From: an uncultured Acidobacteriota bacterium
GTDB lineage: Bacteria > Acidobacteriota > Thermoanaerobaculia > Multivoradales > UBA5704
Direction of reading: 5' to 3'
Assembly: GCA_963700145.1 (NCBI GenBank)
Contig: OY969474.1
Coordinates: 1,152,001-1,216,000, forward strand
DNA: 64,000 bases
The notes under the pieces are model-generated. The model had not been told where the DNA came from. It did not search any database and saw only the letters and a program-made list of their open reading frames with translations. Position numbers and translations under genes: made by a program. Within the stretch, counting starts at the first letter, position 1. Each line of letters opens with the position of its first letter. This document shows, piece after piece, positions 46,711 through 55,782 of this stretch.

Positions 46711-48242
46711 CGGCGGCGGCCCCCCGCGCCGCGGGGCGCCGTCTCGAGCCGGCCCTCTTCGCCCTCTTCGTCCTGCTCTACCTGCTGCCCCTCTGGGCGG
46801 TCGAGCGGGTGCCCACCAACGACGGCCCCAGCCACCTCTACAACGCCTGGCTGCTGCGCGAGCTGGCCTGGGGAGACCCCCACCCGGCCCTCGACGCCGC
46901 CTTCGACGTCCGCGCCGAGCCGATCCCCAACTGGCTCGGCCACGCCGCGCTCGCCCTGCTGATGGGCGTCGTTTCGCCGGCGACCGCCGAGAAGCTCCTG
47001 CTGTCGGCCTGCATCGTCCTCTTCCTGCTCGCCCTCCGCTACCTCGCCGGCAGCGTCGAGCCGGAGGCCCGCCGCTACGCCTGGCTCGGCTTCCCGCTGG
47101 CCTACAACTTCCTCTTCCAGGTCGGCTTCACCAACTACTGCTTCGGCCTCGGCCTGGCGATGCTGGCGGTCGGGGTGTGGTGGCGGCGGCGCGAGCGGCC
47201 GGGGCCCGCCACCGCGCTCCTGCTCAACCTGCTCCTCCTCCTGGCGTACTTCGCCCACGTCCTCGCCCTCGCCCTGGCGCTCGGGGCGATCGGGGTGCTC
47301 TGGCTGCTGACGCTGCGCCGCGCCGGCTGGCGCCGGCACCTCTTGCACCTGGCGATCCTGGCGCCGCAGGCGCTCCTCCCGCTCTGGTTCCTGGCCACGC
47401 GCTCGCTCGCCCCGGTCGGCCGGGAGTGGGCCGGCGAGCAGCTCTGGGGGTACCTCCTGGGGCTCGAGGTGCTGTGGACCTTCGACCGCAGCCAGCTGCC
47501 GCTGGGCCGGGCGCTCGCCCTGCTCTGGGGCGGGCTGGCGCTCGCCACGCTGCTGTGCGAGAACGTGGACTGGGCGCGGCGGCGGCCCCGCGTGCGCCCG
47601 GCCGACGCGTTCCTCCTCCTCGCCGTCCTGGCGGTCGCCCTCTACGCCTGGGCGCCGCCGGGGCTCGCCGGCGGCATCCTCGTCAAACCGCGGCTGAGCC
47701 TCGTCCCCTACCTCTTCCTGGTCCCCTGGTTCTCGCCGCGGCTGGGACGGTGGCTCGAGCGCCTGGCGGCGCCGGCCTTCGTCCTCCTCGCCGCCGGCGT
47801 CCTGGTCTGCCAGCTCCGCGGGTACCGCCGCCTCGACGGCGAGATGCGGGCCTTCCTCCGCCCGCTCGCGGCCGTGCCGCGGCACGCGCGCTTCGTGCCG
47901 CTGCTCTTCCAGCGCCGCCGGCCGGAGGCGCGGGTGGCCCCCCTCTACCACGCCGCCGCCTACGCCGCGCTCGAGCGCGAGCTGGTCGACTGGGGCAACT
48001 ACGAAGCCGGCACCGACCACTTCCCCGTCCGCTTCGCCCCCGGCCTGCCGCGGCCGGACATCTGGACCCTGGAGACCCGGCCGATCGGCTACCGCGTCGG
48101 CGTCCACCGCGACCGCGTGGACGCCGTCTACACCTGGCACCTCCCCGCCGGCAGCGCCGTCGCGCGGCGCCTCCGCCGCGACTACGACCTGGTGCGCGAG
48201 GAGGGCCCGGGGCGGGTCTACCTCCGCAAAGGGCTAAGATAG
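46707..48242 (+). CDS. Polytopic membrane protein, GT-C glycosyltransferase-like
   Basis: PTNDGPSH loop after TM1, GFTNY, many TM segments, soluble C-terminal domain. Confidence 0.6.
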   Translation: MTAAAPRAAGRRLEPALFALFVLLYLLPLWAVERVPTNDGPSHLYNAWLLRELAWGDPHPALDAAFDVRAEPIPNWLGHAALALLMGVVSPATAEKLLLSACIVLFLLALRYLAGSVEPEARRYAWLGFPLAYNFLFQVGFTNYCFGLGLAMLAVGVWWRRRERPGPATALLLNLLLLLAYFAHVLALALALGAIGVLWLLTLRRAGWRRHLLHLAILAPQALLPLWFLATRSLAPVGREWAGEQLWGYLLGLEVLWTFDRSQLPLGRALALLWGGLALATLLCENVDWARRRPRVRPADAFLLLAVLAVALYAWAPPGLAGGILVKPRLSLVPYLFLVPWFSPRLGRWLERLAAPAFVLLAAGVLVCQLRGYRRLDGEMRAFLRPLAAVPRHARFVPLLFQRRRPEARVAPLYHAAAYAALERELVDWGNYEAGTDHFPVRFAPGLPRPDIWTLETRPIGYRVGVHRDRVDAVYTWHLPAGSAVARRLRRDYDLVREEGPGRVYLRKGLR

Positions 48243-48270
48243 GCGCCTCGCCGCGCCGCCGGTCCCGCCG

Positions 48271-49080
48271 ATGTACGACCACTTCTACGGCTTCCACCAG
48301 CCCCCCTTCAACCTGACGCCCGACCCGCGCTTCCTCTTCTACAGCGAGCGCCACCGGGAGGCTTTCCACCACCTCCTCTTCGGCATCCAGGAGCGGAAGG
48401 GGTTCATCCAGCTCACCGGCGAGGTGGGGGCGGGCAAGACGACGATCTGCCGCGCCCTGCTCGAGGAGCTGGGCCCGGCCTACAAGACGGCCCTGATCTT
48501 GAATCCCTGCCTGACCAGCTCGCAGCTCCTGCGGGCGATCCTCACCGAGCTCGGCATGGCGGCCGGGAGGGTGGACCGGGCGACCGGCCTCGAGATGCTC
48601 AACCGCTTCCTCCTCGAACAGGTGGCCGCCGGCCACGACGTCGTGCTGCTGATCGACGAGGCGCAGGACCTCGAGCCCGAGCTGCTCGAGCAGGTGCGCC
48701 TGCTCTCGAACCTCGAGACCGACCAGCGCAAGCTCCTCCAGATCGTCCTCGTCGGCCAGCCCGAGCTGCGCGACCGCCTCGAGGAGCGGGGGCTGCGCCA
48801 GCTGCGTCAGCGGATCACCGTCCGCTACCACCTGACCCCGCTGTCGCGCGGCGAGACCGAGCAGTACATCCGCCACCGCCTGCTGGTGGCCGGCGGCAAC
48901 GGCCGGCCGACCTTCGACCGCTGGGCGCTGCGCGGCGTCTGGCGCTACTCCCGCGGCGTGCCGCGGCTGATCAACGCCGTCTGCGACAAGGCCCTGCTCT
49001 GCGGCTTCGTCGCCGGGACTGACCACCTGACCGGCAAGCACGTGCGGCGGGCGGTGCGCGAGCTGGAGGGGAAGCTGTGA
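48271..49080 (+). CDS. ExeA/GspA-family AAA ATPase
   Basis: PFNLTPDP, GEVGAGKTT, IDEAQ, GQPEL, LRQRI, GVPRLIN. Confidence 0.92.
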   Translation: MYDHFYGFHQPPFNLTPDPRFLFYSERHREAFHHLLFGIQERKGFIQLTGEVGAGKTTICRALLEELGPAYKTALILNPCLTSSQLLRAILTELGMAAGRVDRATGLEMLNRFLLEQVAAGHDVVLLIDEAQDLEPELLEQVRLLSNLETDQRKLLQIVLVGQPELRDRLEERGLRQLRQRITVRYHLTPLSRGETEQYIRHRLLVAGGNGRPTFDRWALRGVWRYSRGVPRLINAVCDKALLCGFVAGTDHLTGKHVRRAVRELEGKL

Positions 49081-49090
49081 GGGAGCGGCG

Positions 49091-49834
49091 ATGAGCCTGA
49101 TCGACGAGGCCCTGAAGCGCGCCCGCGAGCAGGCGGAGCGGGAGAGCGCGGCGCAGCGCAGCGCCGCCAGCCGCTGGGTGCCGGCCTACCCGCTGGCGCG
49201 GCGCCGCTCGCGCGGCCTGGTCTGGGCCGGGCTGGCCGCGGCCTGCCTCCTCCTGGGCGTCGGCGCCGGCCTCCTCGCCTCCCGCTTCTCCGGCGGCGAG
49301 GAGCGGGCTGGCGGCATCGAGGTGCCGGGCGGGACGCCCGAGGAGGGCGGCGAGGGCGGGCTGCCGACCGCGGCGGGGGCCGTGCTCATGGAAGACACGA
49401 CCGGGACGACCGACCTCTCGACCGATCTCCCCGGCTTCCCCTTCGTGGAGCCGCTGACCGAGCCGCCGGCGGACGGGGGCCTGGAGCCGCGGCTGGTGCC
49501 GGTGCCGGTGCCCGAGAGGGTGCCGCCACCCGCCCCGCCGGGCCTCGAGCCGGTGCCGCCGCCCCAGGCCGAGCCCGAGCCCATCGAGCCGCCGGCCCCC
49601 AGCGGCGCCGCCGCGGACGGCGCCGAGACCCACGTCCGCCGCGCCCCGGTGCCCGGCGGCGGCTGGATCCAGCTCGGCGGTATCGCCTTCTCGGCCGACC
49701 AGCCGGTCGCCCTGCTCAACGGCCGGGTGGCGAGCGTCGGGGAGGTAGTCGAGGGCTTCACCGTGATCTCGATCGCGCCCCGGCGGGTCGAGCTGCGCGG
49801 CCACGGCACGACCATCGTCCTGACCCTCGATTAG
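49091..49834 (+). CDS. ExeB/GspB-like protein
   Basis: MSLIDEALKRA start, single TM, Pro-rich linker, LGGIAFS...ALLNG C-terminus. Confidence 0.75.
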   Translation: MSLIDEALKRAREQAERESAAQRSAASRWVPAYPLARRRSRGLVWAGLAAACLLLGVGAGLLASRFSGGEERAGGIEVPGGTPEEGGEGGLPTAAGAVLMEDTTGTTDLSTDLPGFPFVEPLTEPPADGGLEPRLVPVPVPERVPPPAPPGLEPVPPPQAEPEPIEPPAPSGAAADGAETHVRRAPVPGGGWIQLGGIAFSADQPVALLNGRVASVGEVVEGFTVISIAPRRVELRGHGTTIVLTLD

Positions 49835-49850
49835 GCCGGCTCCCCTCGCC

Positions 49851-49942
49851 CTGTCATCCCGAGCGTAGCGAGGGATCTGGGCGGGGGCGAGTTGCGTTCA
49901 CCTTCCCTGCCCCCAGATTCCTCGCTTCGCTCGGAATGACAG
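49851..49942. repeat. REP/MITE-like palindromic element
   Basis: 30-bp inverted arms CTGTCATCCCGAGCGTAGCGAGGGATCTGG / CCAGATTCCTCGCTTCGCTCGGAATGACAG with 3 mismatches. Confidence 0.85.
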
Positions 49943-49989
49943 AGCACGGAGGTCTGTTCTGTGGGGGGAACCGGCCCCCTCTCTCCTTT

Positions 49990-50817
49990 ATGGTCTGCCC
50001 TCACCGCCAGCGCTTCGAGGCGCTCGTGCTGCGTCCGGAGCGCGAGATCGACCTCGGCGAGGCGGCGTTCCTGATCGCCGCCGAGGGCTGCCCGGGGCTC
50101 GACGTCGACGGCTGGCTGGCCCGCCTCGACGCGCTGGCCGAGGACCTGCGGCCGCGCCTCGAAGGCGTGACCTGCGACTTCGAGCGCCTCGCCGCGCTCC
50201 TCGACTTCGTCTACGGCGACCTCGGCCTGCGCGGCAACGACACCGAGTACTACGACCCCCGCAACAGCTTCTTGAACGAGGTGCTCGAGCGGCGCCTCGG
50301 CATCCCGCTCTCGCTCGCCGTCGTCTGCATGGAGATCGGCCGGCGGGTAGGTGTGCCGCTCGTCGGCGTCGGCTTCCCGGGCCACTTCCTCCTCCGCCAC
50401 GCCCGCCACCCGCAGATCGTTCTCGACCCCTTCGACGCCGGCCGCTTCCTGACCGCCGACGACTGCGCCGAGCTGCTGGCGCGGGTGAGCGGCGGCGCCG
50501 TGCCCTTCCACCCGCGGCTGCTGCGGCCGCTCTCGACGCGCCAGGTCCTGCTGCGCATGCTCTGCAACCTGCGCGGCATCTACGCCATCCGCTGCGCCGC
50601 GCGCCCCCTGCTCTCGGTGCTCGACCGCATCCTCCTCCTCGCCCCCGCCGACGCCGAGCCCCGCCGCGAGCGCGGCCTGGTGCGCCTCCACGCCGGCGAC
50701 TTCTGCGGCGCCGTCGAAGACCTCGAGCTGTACCTCGCCACCGCCTCCGAAGTCCCCGACGCCCGCGGCCTCACCGAGCTGGTCGTCGAGGCGCGGCGGC
50801 TGCTGGCCGTCAACTAG
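49990..50817 (+). CDS. SirB1/transglutaminase-like protein with TPR
   Basis: YYDPRNSFLNEVLERRLGIPLSL, GFPGHF, DPF, RERGL. Confidence 0.88.
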   Translation: MVCPHRQRFEALVLRPEREIDLGEAAFLIAAEGCPGLDVDGWLARLDALAEDLRPRLEGVTCDFERLAALLDFVYGDLGLRGNDTEYYDPRNSFLNEVLERRLGIPLSLAVVCMEIGRRVGVPLVGVGFPGHFLLRHARHPQIVLDPFDAGRFLTADDCAELLARVSGGAVPFHPRLLRPLSTRQVLLRMLCNLRGIYAIRCAARPLLSVLDRILLLAPADAEPRRERGLVRLHAGDFCGAVEDLELYLATASEVPDARGLTELVVEARRLLAVN

Positions 50818-50844
50818 AGGCGCGCTCCCCTCGCGGCCGTCCCG

Positions 50845-51846
50845 ATGAGACCCGGCCGCAGGCGGGCGTCTTGGCTGGCGATCGGCGCGCTCCTCGCGGC
50901 CTGTCCGCTCCTGGCGGCACCGCCGCGCGGCGCGGCGGTGGCGGGGTGGAAGCTCACGCTCGCACAAGGGGAGGAGGCGGCTTCGGTGGTCAAGGTCTGG
51001 AACCACTGCCGGGCGCCGTTCCACTACAAGGTCTCGGCGCCGAAGACGCCGTTCGCGCGGCTCGATCTGGGCGCCGACCGCCTGCGGGTCGAAGCGGGCA
51101 AGACGGCGGACGTGGAGGTCGTCTTCGCGGCCGCCGGGCTGGCGGCCGGGGTCTACAAAGGGGAAGTGCTCGTCGAGTGCCTGGACTGCGCGAAGCGGCG
51201 CACCTTCGTCGAGGAGACCGAGGACTGGGTGGCGCTCCGCACCTGCGAGAGCCCGCGGCAGCGCTTCCCGGTCGAGATGACGGTCGTCGCCGCTCCGGCG
51301 CCCCCTCCGCCGCCGCCCCCGGCGAGCGAAGTGCGCAACATCGACCTGGCGATGCGCGACCGCATGGCGGACGCGCTGGCCCGCCTCGCCGGCAAGCGCG
51401 GGCTGACGGTCGTCCCCGAGAGCCTGGCGGTTCTCTCGCTGCCCGCGGGGGGCCTGGTGGCGGGGGTGCGGGTGGCCGGGCTCGAGACGCGGACCGCGGC
51501 GGAGCTCGCCGCCGGTGCCGAGGTGATGTTCCTCCGCCTGGACCTGCCGGCGCCGGCGGGCGGCGAGGCGATCCCCGCCGGGGAGTACGCGCTCTCCGTC
51601 CGCCTTCCGCGTGCCGGCAGCGGCATCTCCAGCACCGCCCTGCTTCTGGACCCGCAGGGCACCGCCGTCCGCGAGCTGCCGCTCACCACCGAGCGGCTGC
51701 CCGGCGGCGGCACGGTCTACGCCGCCTCCCTCGCGCCCGACCTCCTCTTGCCGGTCTGGTGCTCCGGCGCGGCCTCCCCCGCCCCCACACTCTGGCGCGG
51801 CTGGCCGCTCCGTTGCCTGCCCGTCGGCTTGTCCGCAGCGCCCTGA
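50845..51846 (+). CDS. Hypothetical exported protein (beta-rich N-domain, CLDC, Pro linker)
   Basis: Signal-like N-terminus; host-like codon use. Confidence 0.6.
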   Translation: MRPGRRRASWLAIGALLAACPLLAAPPRGAAVAGWKLTLAQGEEAASVVKVWNHCRAPFHYKVSAPKTPFARLDLGADRLRVEAGKTADVEVVFAAAGLAAGVYKGEVLVECLDCAKRRTFVEETEDWVALRTCESPRQRFPVEMTVVAAPAPPPPPPPASEVRNIDLAMRDRMADALARLAGKRGLTVVPESLAVLSLPAGGLVAGVRVAGLETRTAAELAAGAEVMFLRLDLPAPAGGEAIPAGEYALSVRLPRAGSGISSTALLLDPQGTAVRELPLTTERLPGGGTVYAASLAPDLLLPVWCSGAASPAPTLWRGWPLRCLPVGLSAAP

Positions 51847-51889
51847 AGGGTCCTCGCCCACCAGCCAATCCGCGAGCTGCCCGAGAGGA

Positions 51890-53698
51890 CTACTGGAACA
51901 TGCCGCTGAGCCGAGCCAGGTTCCGCCGGGCTTCTTTCCAATACTCTGCCGCCACGGGTCCCAGTGGCAGAGTTGGAAGGAGGCCGTCGATCTCGTCCGC
52001 GCGGCGCGATAGATCCTTGACTTTGACCTCGAGCACTTTGTTGTCCGCTTCGCGGCCGCCTCGATTGAGTCGCAGCATTCCCTTGACGTTGGCCTTCATG
52101 CCCGCGATTCCGGTGCCCGTCGCCTTGCGGAACTCCCTCCGTGTGGACTGTGATGCCTCGCCGAACGCGTTGAGCTTCGTCCAGAGCTGATTTCCTTCGT
52201 GCCCTGCTTCCTCCCCTTCGTAGGCTTCGAGGGTCTGTTCGCTCAGTCGCTCGACATTGACGATCAGATCGTTCATCTGGTTGAACTGGTCCACGCCGGC
52301 AGGCGACGCCGGCTCGGGGCGCGGAGCGACGGGCGGAGGCTCGGCCGGAGGCGCTTGTACCTCGGCGGTCTCTGCCGGAGCGGGAGGCGACTCGACGGCG
52401 CTCCGCGTCCGCGCCTTGTCGAGCGCGGGGCGCTGAGCCGGCAATGGCCGCGCCTGCTCCCAGCGAGCCGCGTCGGCTGATTCGGCGGGCGGCGGAGGAG
52501 ACTGCGGCACCGGCGTCGAGCCCTGAAGATTGGCGGTCGGTACCGCGGCCCCCGGCGGCACTCCGGCCACCAAGGGGGACTCGAGGGAAGCTGCGGCTGG
52601 GACTGGGGCCCCACCGGCCGTTCCGGCCGGCGGCGTGCTCGATTCTGCTGTCGCGGGAGGCGCCGTATCGTTGCTGTCGCTCGACGACGCCATCAGGACG
52701 AAAATTCCGAAGCCCAGACCCACCGCGAGCACGGCCGCCGCCCCGAGCACGATCCAGCGGTTTTTCCCGTGGAGTCTTCCGGATGCCGGCGCCGCAGCAG
52801 CTGCAGCCGGCGCCGCTTGGAGGGCCGGTTCCAGGGTCGTCGCGCGATAGGCGGGCGCCGGCGCCGCCCAACCGGCGCTCGCGGGCATCGCCTCCTGCAG
52901 GGCGCGAAGGAAGGCGCCGGCGCTTGGGAAGCGTTCGTCCGGGGCCTTGCTCAAAGCGGTCGCGGTCGCCCGCACCGCCTCCTCGGGGACCTCAGGCGCG
53001 AGAGCGGCGAGGTCGGGTGGCGGAGCTTCGACGTGCAGCTTCTTGATCTCGTACTCCGTCTCGCCGTCGAAAGGCGGCCGGCCGGCCAGCATCTCGTAGA
53101 GCACCACCGCCGCGCTGTAGATATCGGTGCGATGGTCCACCGAGCGCGGTCGCAGGATCTGCTCGGGCGACATGTACGTCGGTGTGCCGATGGCGGAGTG
53201 GGAAGCGGTCAGCCGCTTGTCGCCGATCAGGAGAGCGATCCCGAAGTCTGCCAACTTCACCCGGCCGTCGGCGGTGATCATGACGTTGGAGGGCTTGATG
53301 TCCCGATGGATGATCCCTTCGGAGTGCGCATAGTCGAGCGCGCTGAGCACCTGCCCGAAGATTCCGAGCGCCAGTCGCGTATCCATGGCCCGGCCGGCCT
53401 GCGCCTGGAGATAATCGTCCAAGCCCTGGCCGGCGACGAGCTCCATGACGATGAAGTACTCGCCCGCGTCTTCGAGGAGGTCGTAGACGGCAGTGATGTT
53501 GGGATGCTGCAGGCGGGCCTGCGTCTTGGCCTCCGAGAAGAACCTCTCCTTGAACTCCGGCTGCTGCGTCAGCTCGGGAGCGAGCACTTTGATGGCCACC
53601 GGACGTCCGAGGTGCTCGTGAACTCCGCGGTAGACAACACCCATTCCGCCGCGCCCCAAGGCCGCTTCAATTCGGTACTGCCCGACGTGCGTCCGCAT
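51890..53698 (-). CDS. Hanks-type Ser/Thr kinase with TM and extracytoplasmic helical domain
   Basis: GRGGMG, VAIK, HRDIKPSN, DFG, GTPTYMSPEQ, TM. Confidence 0.95.
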   Translation of the reverse strand: MRTHVGQYRIEAALGRGGMGVVYRGVHEHLGRPVAIKVLAPELTQQPEFKERFFSEAKTQARLQHPNITAVYDLLEDAGEYFIVMELVAGQGLDDYLQAQAGRAMDTRLALGIFGQVLSALDYAHSEGIIHRDIKPSNVMITADGRVKLADFGIALLIGDKRLTASHSAIGTPTYMSPEQILRPRSVDHRTDIYSAAVVLYEMLAGRPPFDGETEYEIKKLHVEAPPPDLAALAPEVPEEAVRATATALSKAPDERFPSAGAFLRALQEAMPASAGWAAPAPAYRATTLEPALQAAPAAAAAAPASGRLHGKNRWIVLGAAAVLAVGLGFGIFVLMASSSDSNDTAPPATAESSTPPAGTAGGAPVPAAASLESPLVAGVPPGAAVPTANLQGSTPVPQSPPPPAESADAARWEQARPLPAQRPALDKARTRSAVESPPAPAETAEVQAPPAEPPPVAPRPEPASPAGVDQFNQMNDLIVNVERLSEQTLEAYEGEEAGHEGNQLWTKLNAFGEASQSTRREFRKATGTGIAGMKANVKGMLRLNRGGREADNKVLEVKVKDLSRRADEIDGLLPTLPLGPVAAEYWKEARRNLARLSGMFQ

Positions 53699-53742
53699 GA
53701 AACTTCCTCCCTTCTTCCCAGCTGCCAATAAAAGGATCGCCG

Positions 53743-54561
53743 CTACTGCTCCACCAACGGAGGTTCCGGCGTCTCATCGTGGCGGGTTTCTTGGCTTCCG
53801 GACGCCGGCTCGGCCGCCTTGGCGGCGGCCTTCTCCGCCTTCGCCCGTCGGCGCCTTCCCTCGGCAATCGCGGTGAGGATGGGATCGCCCGGTTGGTGGC
53901 GTCCCGAGCCGTCGATCAGGGCGACGAAGCGCTCGCGTCCTCCGTGCTCGACGATCACCAGCGGGTAGGGGCTGTCCCACATGCCGGTGTCTTTCCTCGC
54001 CTCGGCGAGATCGCGCCAAGCTACCGACCATCCCTGACGCGACCGGCCATGGGGTGTGAAGACGACGCCGGCGGACGAGATGAGCAGCTTGCCGCTCGAA
54101 CCTGCCGCGAAACCCTCACCGATCCGTGCGTGGCGCACCTTGAAGGAAGCTTCGGCGCGCGGCGGCGGCGCACCGTCCGGCGCGGGGATCCGGACGACCG
54201 GCCGCGGCCCTTCGGGATTCCCGGCGGTCGCGAGCTTGCCCTCCGCTTTCCCTCGCAGCACTCGCGCCCGCGCGGCCACCTCCTCGGGCACCTCGACCCG
54301 TTTGAGCAGGCCATCCAGCTTCTCGATGGCTGTGGCGTAATCGCCGTCGATGAGGAGATCGACAGCGGCATCCAGCTCTTGCTCCCAGTTGGGCGCCTGT
54401 TCGACGATCGACGTGGGCGGCAGCGGCACGGGCTCGCCCGTCGCCCGGGGGCTCTCGCCCTGCCGTGCCGGCAGCGGCGCCGCGGCGACCAGGGTAACGA
54501 GCCACCAGATGGCGGTTGTGGCCGAGATTCCACCGCGGGCGCTCGTTCTCTCCACCTTCAT
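53743..54561 (-). CDS. Hypothetical exported protein (TPR-like helices plus beta domain)
   Basis: ATGA overlap with kinase stop; hydrophobic N-terminus. Confidence 0.6.
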   Translation of the reverse strand: MKVERTSARGGISATTAIWWLVTLVAAAPLPARQGESPRATGEPVPLPPTSIVEQAPNWEQELDAAVDLLIDGDYATAIEKLDGLLKRVEVPEEVAARARVLRGKAEGKLATAGNPEGPRPVVRIPAPDGAPPPRAEASFKVRHARIGEGFAAGSSGKLLISSAGVVFTPHGRSRQGWSVAWRDLAEARKDTGMWDSPYPLVIVEHGGRERFVALIDGSGRHQPGDPILTAIAEGRRRRAKAEKAAAKAAEPASGSQETRHDETPEPPLVEQ

Positions 54562-55772
54562 TCCGCTCCCTTCACGGGCCTGTTGCGCGGTCGCGCGTCC
54601 GGGCTGAATCTCGCCGGGATGCCGAGGTGCTTCTCCTGCAGCAGCATGCGCACCGACTCCCCAACCGGTCCGCCGTCCTCCGCCAGGCTGAGATGCTGGC
54701 TCATGACGTCCAGCTCGCCTTTCATCCACCGCCACTGCTCACTGCCCGGCGACAACGAGTCCGAGAGGTCGCGCGCCTGCCGGAAGTACTCGGCCGCCTC
54801 GGGGCGGTCCTCGATCAGCGCCTCTTCGAACTTGTACTGCAGCTCCCCGAACGTCTCTCTCTCACTTGCCGGCTGGAGAGGAAGAGCGGATCCCGCCGCC
54901 GCATCCGGCTCGTGCTGCGGTCGTCCGAGGGCCGCGTAGGCCCCGAGCACCAGCACGAGGAGAGCCACTCCGCCGGCGACCCAACTCCACCGCGGCAGGT
55001 GCGGCAGCCGCACTTCGGGCATCCGGGAGGCCGCGGTTTCCGTCCGGCGGCGGGCCTGCCGGAACGCCAGTCGCATCTGCCCGGCGTCGGCGAAGCGCTC
55101 GCGTCGCGCCCGGAGCGTCGCCTTGGCCGCGACGGCGGCGAGCGCGTGGCGGATGTCGTCCGGCACCGTCACGAGTGCTAGCAGCTCCACGAGGATCTGG
55201 CCGAGGGCGTAGATGTCGCTGGCGCAGTCCAGCGTGCCACCGGTCTCCTGCTCCGGGGCGCCGTAGGGAGGGGTGTAGGCCTTGAGCCCCTGCCGTCCCG
55301 AGCGCCGCGCGATCCCAAAGTCGATGAGAACCGGCTGAAACCCCTCGGGCGTGGTCGTCACCAGGACGTTGTCCGGCTTGAGATCGAGGTGCAGGAAGGG
55401 GGTGGCGCGATGGTGGAGGTAATCCACCGCCGCGAGTACGCGCTCGAAGAGGTCGAACACCGCCTCGGGCCGCAAGGCGTGCCGTCGCGCCCAGGCATCG
55501 AGCGGCTGGCCGGCCACTTTCTCCATCAGCAGGCAGACGCGCTGCTGCTCGTCGAAGTAGCAGCGGCGGAAGGTGACCACGTTGGGGTGTTTGAGCTCGC
55601 GAAGCAGCCTCGCCTCCTCGGAGAAGGCCTCTCGCACCTCGGGCCGGGCGCTCATCTCGGCGTTCAGCCGCTTGAGGACCAGCCGCTCCGCCAGAGCGCT
55701 GGCAGCGTCTTCGACCTCGAAGACCTCGGAGAATCCGCCCGCGGCGAGACGGCTGATAATGCGGTAGCTCAT
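54558..55772 (-). CDS. Non-RD Ser/Thr kinase with TM
   Basis: AAGGFS, VLK, HLDLKPDN, DFG, YGAPEQ, TM. Confidence 0.9.
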   Translation of the reverse strand: MSYRIISRLAAGGFSEVFEVEDAASALAERLVLKRLNAEMSARPEVREAFSEEARLLRELKHPNVVTFRRCYFDEQQRVCLLMEKVAGQPLDAWARRHALRPEAVFDLFERVLAAVDYLHHRATPFLHLDLKPDNVLVTTTPEGFQPVLIDFGIARRSGRQGLKAYTPPYGAPEQETGGTLDCASDIYALGQILVELLALVTVPDDIRHALAAVAAKATLRARRERFADAGQMRLAFRQARRRTETAASRMPEVRLPHLPRWSWVAGGVALLVLVLGAYAALGRPQHEPDAAAGSALPLQPASERETFGELQYKFEEALIEDRPEAAEYFRQARDLSDSLSPGSEQWRWMKGELDVMSQHLSLAEDGGPVGESVRMLLQEKHLGIPARFSPDARPRNRPVKGAE

Positions 55773-55782
55773 GTCCTGCCCG

